Shown: positions 10,570 to 20,913, counted from the stretch's first letter. The stretch is 64,000 nucleotides of DNA from Flavobacterium sp. (GCA_016714905.1 JADKBW010000014.1:8987-72986); one strand, 5' to 3'. Notes: a model not told the origin generated them from the letters alone. Program-made: numbers and translations.

Positions 10570-10901
10570 TATACTTCTGGTGCCAACGCAATCTCTAAAC
10601 CGTCCAAATCTTCCGTGATGTGAATTTGGCAACCTAAGCGGCTATTTGGCTTGACATTAAAAGCCTCTGACAACATCGCTTCTTCGTCGTCATTGCGCTC
10701 AGTTTTCAAAACATCATTGAGTATATAACATTGACAAGAAGCGCACATCGCCATGCCTCCGCAAATGCCGATAGTTCCTTCTGGCGCTAGTTCATACATC
10801 CGCACAAGTTCCATGATATTTAGGTTCATGTCGGTTGGGGCTTGAACTTCGTGAGCTACGCCTTCTCTGTCGGTTATCGTTATGGAAATGTCTTGTGCCA
10901 T
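10569..10901 (-). CDS. 2Fe-2S ferredoxin (adrenodoxin-like)
   Basis: CGGMAMCASC and SRLGCQ motifs. Confidence 0.95.
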   Translation of the reverse strand: MAQDISITITDREGVAHEVQAPTDMNLNIMELVRMYELAPEGTIGICGGMAMCASCQCYILNDVLKTERNDDEEAMLSEAFNVKPNSRLGCQIHITEDLDGLEIALAPEV

Positions 10902-10902
10902 G

Positions 10903-11955
10903 TTACTCTATCGATTTTACTACCGCTTTTTCCGCTTCTTTTCTTGTCCCATCAAAACCATCAACTCCTGAAACTGTGGTGTATTTTAATACATATTTCT
11001 TGCCAGGATTGATTCTATTGTAAACACTTTGACACATTAAGGTAGCTTCGTGGAAACCGCACAAAATCAACTTTAGTTTTCCGGGATAAATATTGACATC
11101 ACCAATGGCGTAGATGCCGTCGATGTTGGTTTGGTAGTCTAAGGCATTATTGACTTTGATTGCGTTTTTCTCGATCTCCAATCCCCAATTGGCAATGGCG
11201 CCTAATTTGGGTGTCAATCCGAAAAGCGGAATGAAATAATCTGTTTCAAATATTTGTTGTACGCCTTCATTTTCAAGCGTAATGCTTTCTACATGGTTTT
11301 CACCTTGAATTGCCACGACTTCTGCAGGTGTAATCAAATTGATTTTACCTAATTTTTTTAGTTCTTGTAATTTTTCTACCGAATCTAGCGCACCGCGAAA
11401 TTCGTTTCTACGATGCACCAAAGTTACTTCTGACGCCACATTAGAAAGAAAAATACTCCAATCTAAAGCAGAATCGCCACCGCCAGCTATGACTATACGC
11501 TTGTTGCGAAATAATTCTGGATCTTTTACAAAGTACTCTACGCCCTTGTCCTCGAATTGCGCGATGTTGTCAATCAAAGGTTTTCTGGGTTCAAAAGTAC
11601 CTAAGCCGCCCGCAATAGCTACGGCTTTGGCATGGTGTTTTGTTCCTTTATTGGTCGTGACGATAAACGTACCATCCTCCAATTTATCTATGGTTTCTGC
11701 AGTTTCCGATAAAGTAAATCCCGGTTGAAACTGTTTGATTTGTTCCATCAAGTTAGTCACTAAGTCGCCTGCCAATACTTCTGGATAACCTGGAATATCA
11801 AAGATGGGTTTCTTAGGATATAATTCTGAGAGTTGCCCGCCAGGTTGTGGCAAAGCGTCGATGATATGGCATTTGAGCTTTAGCAATCCTGCTTCGAAGA
11901 CTGCGAAAAGTCCGGTTGGTCCGGCGCCGATGATGAGTATATCTGTTTCAATCAT
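10903..11955 (-). CDS. Ferredoxin-NADP(+) reductase (thioredoxin reductase-like)
   Basis: IIGAGPTG, GGGDSALDW and YAIGD motifs; no CxxC; adjacent to the ferredoxin. Confidence 0.92.
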   Translation of the reverse strand: MIETDILIIGAGPTGLFAVFEAGLLKLKCHIIDALPQPGGQLSELYPKKPIFDIPGYPEVLAGDLVTNLMEQIKQFQPGFTLSETAETIDKLEDGTFIVTTNKGTKHHAKAVAIAGGLGTFEPRKPLIDNIAQFEDKGVEYFVKDPELFRNKRIVIAGGGDSALDWSIFLSNVASEVTLVHRRNEFRGALDSVEKLQELKKLGKINLITPAEVVAIQGENHVESITLENEGVQQIFETDYFIPLFGLTPKLGAIANWGLEIEKNAIKVNNALDYQTNIDGIYAIGDVNIYPGKLKLILCGFHEATLMCQSVYNRINPGKKYVLKYTTVSGVDGFDGTRKEAEKAVVKSIE

Positions 11956-12059
11956 TCTTTTTGAGTTGCTGAGTTCCTGAGGCGCAAAGGTTAGAAAAGC
12001 AGCACTTTTAGGAACTGATATTTATCATTTTTAGATGAAATTGTTATTGTATGCTGGAG

Positions 12060-12124
12060 TGCGTGAGGGATTGGAGCAAAGTACCGCGTACTGCGGAAAG
12101 CCCGACCCTTGTGGTCACGCCCAA
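12060..12124 (+). ncRNA. Flavo-1-like structured intergenic element (copy 2)
   Basis: TGCGTGAGGGATTGGAGCAAAGTACCGCGTACTGCGGAAAGCCCGACC...CACGCCC, homologous to the reverse complement of 48504-48581. Confidence 0.55.
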
Positions 12125-12127
12125 TTA

Positions 12128-12367
12128 CTATGAAATATTTACTACCGTTTCTATTTGAGGCGCAAACTTCTTAATCGTAGTTTCTACGCCTGCTCGCAAC
12201 GTCATTTGATTGACACTACAACTGATGCACGCTCCTTCGAGACGCACTTTGACGTGTTTGTCATCTTCGATAGAAATTAGGGTGATGTCGCCGCCGTCGG
12301 AATTGAGGAAAGGTCTGATTTCTTCGAGCGCTTTCTCTACGTTGATGGTTAATTCTTCTGTGGTCAT
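12128..12367 (-). CDS. NifU/NfuA C-terminal domain protein
   Basis: IRPFLNSDGGD and LEGACISC motifs. Confidence 0.93.
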   Translation of the reverse strand: MTTEELTINVEKALEEIRPFLNSDGGDITLISIEDDKHVKVRLEGACISCSVNQMTLRAGVETTIKKFAPQIETVVNIS

Positions 12368-12464
12368 GGTTTGGATTATTAGATTTGTTGGATTTTAAGA
12401 TTGTAAGATTTTAGAGACTGTAAGAGAAAGTGTCTTATAGTCTTAAAATCTACTGTCTTACCAT

Positions 12465-13602
12465 CTATTTTTTTACTGCAGAACAACCTGCCATTGTTGT
12501 GATTTTAATTGCTTCGGTTGCAGGTAAGTTTTCGTTTCTTTTTACGACTTCCTCCACCACGTTTCTGGTAATTTCTTCGAAAACACCTTCGATAACGGAA
12601 CCTGTTTGCATGGCTGCTGGCCGACCGTAATCGCCTGCTTCACGGATAGATTGCACGATGGGCACTTCTCCTAGGAATGGCACTTGCAAATCTGCTGCTA
12701 AGTTTTTGGCGCCTTCTTTTCCGAAGATATAATATTTGTTATTCGGCAGTTCTTCTGGAGTGAAATACGCCATGTTTTCGATAATTCCCAATACGGGAAC
12801 ATTGATGCTGTCTGACAAAAACATTGACACTCCTTTTTTGGCATCGGCTAAGGCAACGGCTTGTGGTGTACTTACGACAACTGCTCCAGTGATGGGTAGT
12901 GATTGCATAATAGATAAATGAATGTCGCCTGTTCCTGGTGGTAAATCGATTAACATAAAATCGAGTTCGCCCCAATCGGCATCAAAGATCATTTGATTAA
13001 GTGCTTTGGAAGCCATGGGTCCACGCCAAATCACCGCTTGACTCGGTGCGGTGAAAAATCCGATGGATAAAATTTTGACTTCATAACTTTCGATGGGTTT
13101 CATTTTCGAGCGACCATCGACGGTTATAGAAATTGGTTTCAGACTCCACGTCGAACATAATTGGCATCGATGGTCCGTAGATATCGGCATCTAACACGCC
13201 AACATTAAAACCCATTTTGGCTAAAGTTACGGCTAAATTTGCTGTTACGGTTGATTTCCCAACGCCGCCTTTTCCGGAGGCAACCGCAATGATATTTTTG
13301 ATTCCAGGAATGGCTTTCCCTTTAATCTCATTTGGATTTGACGCTTTTTCTGGCGCTTCCACTTTGATATTTACTTTTACGATAGCTTCCAGAGAAAATT
13401 GCTCATGGATGAGTTTTTTGATATCGTCTTCGGCTCTTTTTTTGATGTGCATGGCGGGCGTTGCAATGGTTAAATCGATGACTACTTCATTGCCAAAAAC
13501 CACGATATTTTTTACGGCACCACTTTCTACCATGCTCTTTCCTTCGCCCGCTATGGTGATGGTTTCAAGCGCTTTAAGAATTTCGTTTTTATCTAATTTC
13601 AT
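12465..13602 (-). CDS. mrp: Mrp/NBP35 (ApbC) Fe-S carrier ATPase, frameshift near 13138
   Basis: [10 protein letters not shown] and DADIYGPS in the 5' ORF; [15 protein letters not shown] and a terminal MAGCS in the 3' ORF. Confidence 0.92.
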
Positions 13603-14448
13603 TTTGTGATAGCTCTGAACAGTTTATGTTTATTTAAACTGAATTTAGACAGATAACACAACAATTACAGCAATTTGATTATTTTTTTAGAGTGTAAAAT
13701 GAGTGTAATTTTTGATTAAAACAACACAAATTTGGGAAGTTTTGAAAGAAGCATTTCGATCTAACTGAAACTTGTTGAGGTCATATATCTGAAAAAGTTT
13801 TTAATTTGAATAGCCCACTACTTTTACAGTTTCATTGTACGAATACCTTGTTTAAAATTAACAACGTCCTTGTGTTCGTTAAAAGAGTCAGTTTCTTAAC
13901 CTCTTGCAACGCCGCCATTCTTTCAAACACCTGATTTAATTTTGTCTGATTTGAGTTCCAAACAGAAGTAAGAATTGAAATGGACATTGGATTATTTCCA
14001 TTTATCATTTAATGTTTCAAGTTATGGTTTTTGAAAAGAGAAAATTTTCATTCAACAACTGATGTTTTAAGAACCTCAAAGTACGCAACCCCAACAAAGA
14101 ACTTTATCAATTTTATAGATTTGAAAGTTAACCTCTTTGTTTTCCTATTAAAATAACATTGAGATTGTTTAATGACTATTTGTTGAACCTAGACTTCATA
14201 TTGTTATTTTATTATTTTATATTGAAACATATGTTAGGAAAAAGATCTTAATCAGACTAAAGGAAAATTTTAAAAGTCAACATCCTCTGTTATTAAAAAA
14301 CATTTAAACAATGTTGCGAGTTCCAACAATTCCTTCACACTTCACGCCTCTTGGCAAACCAACCACGCCCTGAAAACCAAAACCAAACCAAACCTTTAAT
14401 CTCACTGTTGTTTGCATTTTCCATTCCTATCTTTTATTTTAAGATAAA

Positions 14449-14937
14449 TTAAACTGAACATATCAGTTTCCAATCTGTTCCGTGGTTCTTGTCAGCACCA
14501 ACTTTGAACTTAACTTGTAATCTCCCTGCAGTAATAAGGTCTGCCACATAACTTGATGGGATAACATCACATTTAGGGTTTTTACAATTAAATGATTTTG
14601 CGATTTCATTTAGATCCCAACACTCTAATTGCAAAGATGATTTCCCATCTTGAATATCAATTAGAACAATATTGTTTTTAACAACTAAACTGAACAAATA
14701 CCCATTATAAAGAACTTCGGCTTTACCTGATAGAAATGGTGTTGTAAAAGTAGCAACGCCACCTACTTTAATACCAACATTGTTTTTTAAGTTAGTAACT
14801 GAACCTCTCATTTTTCTGCCAGGCCCCAAACAAAAAGATTTTTTGGTAATTAATGATTCGTTAAAAACTGGTTTTGACTTTTTGAAAATTGTTGGATAAG
14901 TCATAAATCCTCCGTCGAAAATTGATTGTGCTTGCAT
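14449..14937 (-). CDS. Hypothetical protein
   Basis: 162-aa ORF with a plausible start context; no family recognised. Confidence 0.65.
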   Translation of the reverse strand: MQAQSIFDGGFMTYPTIFKKSKPVFNESLITKKSFCLGPGRKMRGSVTNLKNNVGIKVGGVATFTTPFLSGKAEVLYNGYLFSLVVKNNIVLIDIQDGKSSLQLECWDLNEIAKSFNCKNPKCDVIPSSYVADLITAGRLQVKFKVGADKNHGTDWKLICSV

Positions 14938-14963
14938 AATTTCTGTTTTTTATTTGTTGTTAA

Positions 14964-15401
14964 TTAATCCTCTATACCTATTAAACTTAATTTTCTATCT
15001 CTAATTTCTCTATTGTATTCTGCAACATCCTCTAATATGAATTGACTGTATACATTGTATATTTCTGAATCATCAATCTCATATAATTTATGATCTAAAT
15101 ATTTTGTCATATATTCAATGTATATTGGTGTCATTAATTCATCATTAACCTCATCATTTTCAACCACTAAATCATATTTATTAATCAGATAATCCAAATG
15201 ATTTGTAATCAATATTCCAAATAAACATTGCAAATCTCTCGTATAAGTTCTCCATTTTTCTCAAACTTTTCCTCATCATCTACCATTTCACTAATAAGAC
15301 TCTCTGTGTAATGTTGAGTATGTGCATCAACACTCTACTAATTCATACTCTAAAGTACTTTTAATAATCTCTAATTCCTCTTTCGTTTTTGTTTTTCTCA
15401 T
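14964..15401 (-). pseudogene. Acidic phage-like hypothetical protein, 5' part disrupted
   Basis: ATG at 15401 (MRKTKTKEELEIIK) stops early; the 3' ORF 14964-15233 ends REIRDRKLSLIGIED. Confidence 0.55.
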
Positions 15402-15703
15402 AAGTTTTCTTTTTTGTAAATATGTTAATTTTTCTATTTATTCTCATTTAATGTTGTTTATTTCATTATTTCTTCTGCAAAAGTACAGTCAAAACAAAGG
15501 ATATTCTAATAAAAGTTAAAGTAGTTACGATTGAGTAAATAATGAATTAATTGAGAATAAGTTACAGAATGCTACCAAAGATTTTATCCTTGTAACTATC
15601 TGATAATGGATTTTTTTTGAAAAGTTACAAATGTTAAAGTTTCCATTTGTATCATAATCAACTACTTAAAAAAAGTAATTTGAAAGTTTTACTCTTTGGT
15701 GTT

Positions 15704-15961
15704 TTAAGGTAACTCAAAATTGAATAAATCAGCTGGGGAAATCTCTAAAGTTCTGATTATTTTGAATAGTGTACTGATAGTAGGATTTGTTTTTGTAGTT
15801 TCAATCCTTGCAATTTGTGAAAGTGTTAATTCTGAACGATATGCTAATTCCTCTTGACTAATACCTTTTTCAGAGCGGATTTCTTTTAGTCGTTTGGCTA
15901 ACAACCGCAATCCCTCCTCATCAAATGTAAATGTCCTTGATAAATTATCATTCCTTTTCAT
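15704..15961 (-). CDS. XRE family HTH transcriptional regulator
   Basis: LKEIRSEKGISQEELAYRSELTLSQIARIE...NPTISTL. Confidence 0.92.
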   Translation of the reverse strand: MKRNDNLSRTFTFDEEGLRLLAKRLKEIRSEKGISQEELAYRSELTLSQIARIETTKTNPTISTLFKIIRTLEISPADLFNFELP

Positions 15962-16196
15962 GTATCAAAAGGAAGATAATTAATATTGTTTTGTTATAGC
16001 ATATTTGCTATAATTTTATATTTTTGTAAAATAATTATCTTAAAATAAGATAGATTTTAATAATATACTTTAATAGTAATAAAATTGTTAATAAAATAAG
16101 TTCCCTTGCAATGTGATTGCATTGTTTAGGTTTAAATTTACAAATTGATTTTTTTAAGTCTTAAAACCAATTCTAAACTATAAATAATTAACAAAA

Positions 16197-16310
16197 ATGA
16201 AAAAACTTTTACTTTTAATAGGGTTTGCAACCCTTACAATGAATGCTCAAGTACCCTCTTATATTCCGACTGATGGTTTAGTTGGTTATTGGCCTTTTAG
16301 TGGTAACGCC
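16197..16310 (+). pseudogene. 5' fragment of a secreted LamG-like protein
   Basis: MKKLLLLIGFATLTMNAQVPSYIPTDGLVGYWPFSGNA, then an abrupt switch to unrelated sequence. Confidence 0.7.
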
Positions 16311-16363
16311 ACAAAAACAATTGAAGAAATAAAAATAGCGAGCCAAAATCTACTAAGAACCAT
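16310..16363 (-). pseudogene. 5' fragment of a membrane protein, probably nucleoside-recognition (SpmA/B-like)
   Basis: Minus strand reads MVLSRFWLAIFISSIVFV up to the same junction. Family assignment is from recollection. Confidence 0.5.
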
Positions 16364-16706
16364 GATTAGTTTTTTTTGTAAATGTAATAAAAACCTAAAA
16401 AAAATAATCAAGATTTTTCTACAATGTCAGTTTCTCTTTTTAAAAGATAACAACAAAAAGCTACACGAGAGATAGGATTATAAACCGTTAAGTTTGGTAA
16501 TTAAAAGCTTAAACTCGAGTATTTTTTTGGAATAATTCAGAACGAATCTTATTAAGATGCTTCAGCCACAAAGAGACGTATATACACAATCATGTTCAAT
16601 TCTAATTTTCGTTTTTCAATATACTTTTATATTGAAAAATAATCGAAACAAAGGAAAATTATAATCAAAAAATAAAGTCAAATGATGAGTACAAATATAT
16701 ATTTTT

Positions 16707-17161
16707 TTAAGGGGTAAATACATTCCAATTTGCTCCGTCACTTAAAACGATGCATGATCTTAAACCATTTCCATTTGCATGGTCATTTGAATTCTGACTA
16801 TCATACATATATAACTGATTGCTACTATTAGCGTATGAATTCGCAAAATAAAACTTCACTCCTGTTCCCTCCATTGTAATTTTTGCAGTACTTGAGCTTA
16901 TATTTCTAATAAAATATACTCTACCAGGAAATGATATTGGATTTGGTAATTTAAACTCTTGATCTGTAGCGGTAGGATTTACAGAAATATAAACACCATT
17001 ATTTATTAATGTTACTGAACTACTACCAACTAAAGAAACTGTTTTTACAGATAAATTACCATTAATATCCAATGTGCTTAAAGGTAAAACTGTATTTATC
17101 CCAACCTGACCATTTGATATATTTATAAAAAAATTGCTATTATAAAGTATATTTTTTTCAT
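16707..17161 (-). CDS. Small secreted tail-fibre-like protein (1-nt frameshift in the signal peptide)
   Basis: ATG at 17161 MKKIYFIIAIF, then NGQVGINTVLPLSTLDING...LP.P...GRVYFIRN...SDGANWNV. Confidence 0.7.
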
Positions 17162-17342
17162 AATTGTAAATGATATTGATTTTTATTAATTTTAACATAG
17201 CAAACATAGATTTTTTTTATCAAAACAAAAACTTTACATCATTCGAAATCGTTTTCGTGTTAAAAACTTTTTAAAATTCTACAAAAATAAAATTTATATA
17301 ACATGTAAATCCTTACGTTTGGTTAAAGATTTCAAACATTTT

Positions 17343-17640
17343 AGGGGTGGTGGGGACTTGCCGGTAATTGGAATGTTCAGATGAGTTTATCCAAGGACAG
17401 GGTTTAATCTGCTTGGTCATCTCGAACATATATTACCAACAATAATTTCTTGCCGTATAAATATCACGTTCATAATAAATCGTCCTTGATTTATTATTGG
17501 GTCAGCCACTTACAATGCTCTTGGACGCACCGTTATACCTATCGCTCCCGACCTTAATGCCACGATTGCACTTTGTATAATTCCCTGGTAGTGCATTACG
17601 ATATAAAACCCAGCGTTATCTCATTATCCGCCATTCTATA
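17343..17640 (-). ncRNA. Putative ~300-nt structured non-coding RNA, unassigned
   Basis: No ORF; locally GC-richer; at least five helices, several needing G-U pairs that form only on the minus strand; AATATATA promoter-like motif just upstream. Confidence 0.55.
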
Positions 17641-17840
17641 AAGATTTTTTAATTTCTTAAATTATATATTAAGAAATGATTTGTTCCTTTTCATTTTAAT
17701 TCAATCGTTCAATTTTGACCTTTAGTTCCAAAACTGCATTTTGCAACCTCAACTTTTCTTTTTTCTTAAAATCCGTTTCAGTTTTTAGTTTGTCATTATT
17801 CTTTTTAACCTCTTCATTCCACTTCTTAATCTTATTAAAG

Positions 17841-18056
17841 TTAACCATCAATTCTACTTAATTTTTCAATAAGAATCAACTCCATCAAGTTAAAGAAAGT
17901 TGATTCTTGATACAAGTGCAGGTTTTTATATTTAACTATTTCTGCATCTTGTTTCTTTAATTCCCTTTGAATCTTTGTTCTTGGTACTTTCAAAACTGTT
18001 CTCATAGTTTCAATGTCATAATACTTTTTATTTCCTTTTATTATAAATGTTACCAT
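17841..18056 (-). CDS. Small putative DNA-binding (excisionase-like) protein
   Basis: 71 aa, YYDIETMRTVLKVPRTKIQR suggests a HTH; lies near the integrase. Confidence 0.55.
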   Translation of the reverse strand: MVTFIIKGNKKYYDIETMRTVLKVPRTKIQRELKKQDAEIVKYKNLHLYQESTFFNLMELILIEKLSRIDG

Positions 18057-18306
18057 TAGTTTTTGATTTGTATATTTTTTCTAATAATCTATATTCCTCG
18101 ATGAGGTCGTCAATGTTTTCTTCATCATTTTCTATTTCGTCTTGTACTTCATCTTGAACCTCATCACCATTAACGATCCTGTCAAACTCATCAGATAATT
18201 TGTTGTCAGGTAAGTTGGTTTCTTCCTCTGGCAGTTCTTGACTTTGACTTTTTTCCAAAAGATATTTCAGAAAGGTTGTGTGTAAATGGGATTTTTTCTT
18301 TTTCAT
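18028..18306 (-). CDS. Acidic hypothetical phage-like protein
   Basis: Likely start at 18306 (MKKKKSHLHTTFLKYLLEK), behind an AATATATA motif at 18346-18353. Confidence 0.6.
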   Translation of the reverse strand: MKKKKSHLHTTFLKYLLEKSQSQELPEEETNLPDNKLSDEFDRIVNGDEVQDEVQDEIENDEENIDDLIEEYRLLEKIYKSKTNGNIYNKRK

Positions 18307-18415
18307 CTTGTAACTTATTTTTTGCTGATTTGAATCAGTATAAGTTATATATTGACAAATAAAGTAGTTTTTAGAAGTAAGGATTTTTATAAGAAAACCA
18401 TTTTGTATATACTTG

Positions 18416-19725
18416 TTATACAAAATGGTCTTTTAGGTAATAACAGAAAGACTTTATTGAATTAATCTTTCTTGAATTGTTTTCTAAAAGTGGTCTGAAT
18501 AGATTCTGTTTTTTATTTCTGAATCCGGTTTGGATATATTTTTGAGTCGTAACTAATGAGCTGTGCCCAAGCAAGATACGCAAATAATTAACGTTAACAT
18601 TTTCCATATCCAACAAAAGATTTGTAAAAGTATGTCTGCAATTATGACTGGAAACATTTGTTTCACTCAATTCATACAACTTACATAGTTTTTTTAATCT
18701 TTCATTATACTTACAATTAAAACCTTAAAGTGTTTGTGTTGTTCCGTTGTAAAATTATTTTTCTTGTCATAATCATTGTATATATCACTTTGAACAAAAT
18801 CCTTAAATACTAAATGATTTGAAGGTTGTCGTTTTAGAAAAGTCTTCAAATGATAATTCCCGTAAATGATTTTATTTTTTGAAGTGGGATTATGTTGCTC
18901 ATTAAACCCAAAAATATCAATTAAGATTTTTGATATTTCTGGCGACATTGCAACGGGTATTTCATTTTTAGTTTTCAACATAGTATAAAGTATCTCATTA
19001 CTTTTTATTTCACCAACTTTCAACAATAATAAATCACTTATCCTTGAACCATTCATAAAGAATTGTAAAAGAAACATTCTACTTTCATAAAAGTATTGTT
19101 GACCGGGTTCAATATTTAATAATTTTATTATGTCGTTGTTTTCCAATACAATTTTCTTTTTTGGTGTTGTCTTAATCTTAATCCCTTTGAATGGGTTTTT
19201 CATAATAACCTCATCACTATAAATGGCATTATTAAAAATAGTATTGTAAACATTAAAATATGCCTTGATGGTACTTTGTTCTAATTCCTGCTCCTTCAAA
19301 TAGTTCTTGAACTCTAAAACCATATCTGTATTAAAGTCGGTTAACTTAATATCCTCTTTGTTGAGTTTTTTCAAATAGGTTTCAATGATATTATACGCGG
19401 AATTATAGGAATTATAAGTGTTAAGATTTTTTTTCAAATCCCTTCTAGACTTGAAGTAAGTTAAAAAAGTATATTGGGTTTTCTGTTCACTAAAAACATC
19501 TTTTTTCAATGATTCAGTAATCAGATTATTTATGTAATCCCTATCAAAGGTGTTTGATTTTCTGAATTGTTTGAAACTTTTATCATAGTATTTAGTAAAA
19601 TCCTTTTCCAGCATTCTAAACTTCAATGAAATAGTTTTTCTTTTTTTCTCTTTTACAAAGAGGATAGAAACATAACCGAAATCATCGTCTTTATGTTTTT
19701 TATTTAGAATAATGGTTGCACTCAT
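18416..19725 (-). CDS. Tyrosine recombinase/integrase with SAM-like domain (frameshift near 18708)
   Basis: GSRISD in the 5' ORF; SHNCRHTF, LGHSS and TTQKY in the 3' ORF; together these give the full R-HxxR-H-Y set. Confidence 0.9.
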
Positions 19726-19953
19726 TTTGATTTCTTTTTAACTTTTGTAAAAGTAGTAAATAAAAAAAGTGAGACAAAAGTGAGTAATTTTATTATTGTA
19801 TTTTTTAAGTAATTAAACGAATTGATTTATTTAATGTATTGATTTACAATATATTTATGTTTTACAAAATATAAAACTTATTTTAGATTGCAAATATAGT
19901 TTGAATAGTTCGTTCGAAAAAAGAGAATGTCGAAAAGTTTTGGTAGACAACTA

Positions 19954-20282
19954 TTAAAGTTCTGTTAGAATTTCAGGTTGCCAAAAGTGTTTTTTGAAGT
20001 CGACTATTTGGTTGTTTTCGACTGCTATGCCTTCGCTTTCCAACAGCTGTTGCATGAGATTGGTTCCGTCGAAATGGTGTTTCCCGGTTAGCAAACCGTT
20101 ACGATTGACGACACGATGCGCTGGAACATCTTCAATATTGTGACAGGCATTCATTGCCCAACCTACCATTCGTGCAGATCGACCTGTTCCTAAAGCCTTA
20201 GCGATTGCGCCATAAGAAGTTACTTTCCATAGGGAATTTGTCTGGCAACAATGTACACGCGTTCGAAAAAGTTGGCTTCCAT
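19954..20282 (-). CDS. MGMT family/alkyltransferase-like protein (frameshift near 20225)
   Basis: MEANFFERVY...IPYGK/VTSYGAIA...ARMVGWAMN...VPAHRVVN; lacks the catalytic Cys of PCHR. Confidence 0.88.
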
Positions 20283-20284
20283 TA

Positions 20285-20913
20285 TTAATTGTACATCAAT
20301 TTGAATACAGTAAACGCTGCGATCAATCCAGTAATCGAACCAATAATGTTGTTGATATTCTTCATGAGGAACGTGGTTTTTGCTTCGATCATTTTAAACG
20401 ACACGATGTATAAATAAAAAACCGAAAAAGAACCCAACATCACACCCAAAACAAAATTGATGATTTCAAATTTCTCAAAATGAAAATAGCCAGAACTTGC
20501 TATACTAATACTTGTAAAAACATAGAAAGGAACAGGAAGAAAATTTAACATTGACAATAGAATACCGTGATAGAAGCGATTGGTTTTACCTTTAATCTTG
20601 ATATCCTTTTGTTGCTTTTTGGGTTTCTTGGCAATCCAGAAGAAATAGACGCTTAGGGCCGTGAAAACAAGAATTCCAATTTCTTGCAGGAGCGAGATAA
20701 TTTCTAAATGAATGCTAATAAAACGAGCAAAAATTACTGCAACGTAAGTCTGTAGAAAAACAACTATCGACGCACCAACGCTGCAAAACTCAACGCTTCA
20801 TTCTTGCCTTCTTGTAGACTGATTTTGGCTGCCGTCATATTGATTAATCCGGGGAGAATAACCGCTAGGACTGCAATACAATAACCCAAAATTAGTGGCA
20901 AGACAAAGTCCAT
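20285..20913 (-). CDS. LysE family transporter (frameshift near 20785)
   Basis: ATG at 20913 MDFVLPLILG..PGLINMTAAKIS, joining the hydrophobic ORF 20285-20557. Confidence 0.8.

Larger units (their letters stand above)
13620..19870. mobile_element. AT-rich integrative element with tyrosine integrase, inserted between mrp and the MGMT-family gene
   Basis: Integrase at the right end, XRE HTH, short hypothetical ORFs, visibly lower GC, similar tandem 11-bp motifs near both ends (13690-13712, 19769-19791). Boundaries are approximate. Confidence 0.8.

Noticed and set aside
13740-14440. Gene or RNA in the left part of the island
   Set aside because: Only short broken frames and a strand-biased AAACC tract; nothing supportable beyond probable decayed sequence.
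13620-19870. Complete prophage or ICE
   Set aside because: No capsid, terminase, relaxase or T4SS genes, and only ~6 kb.
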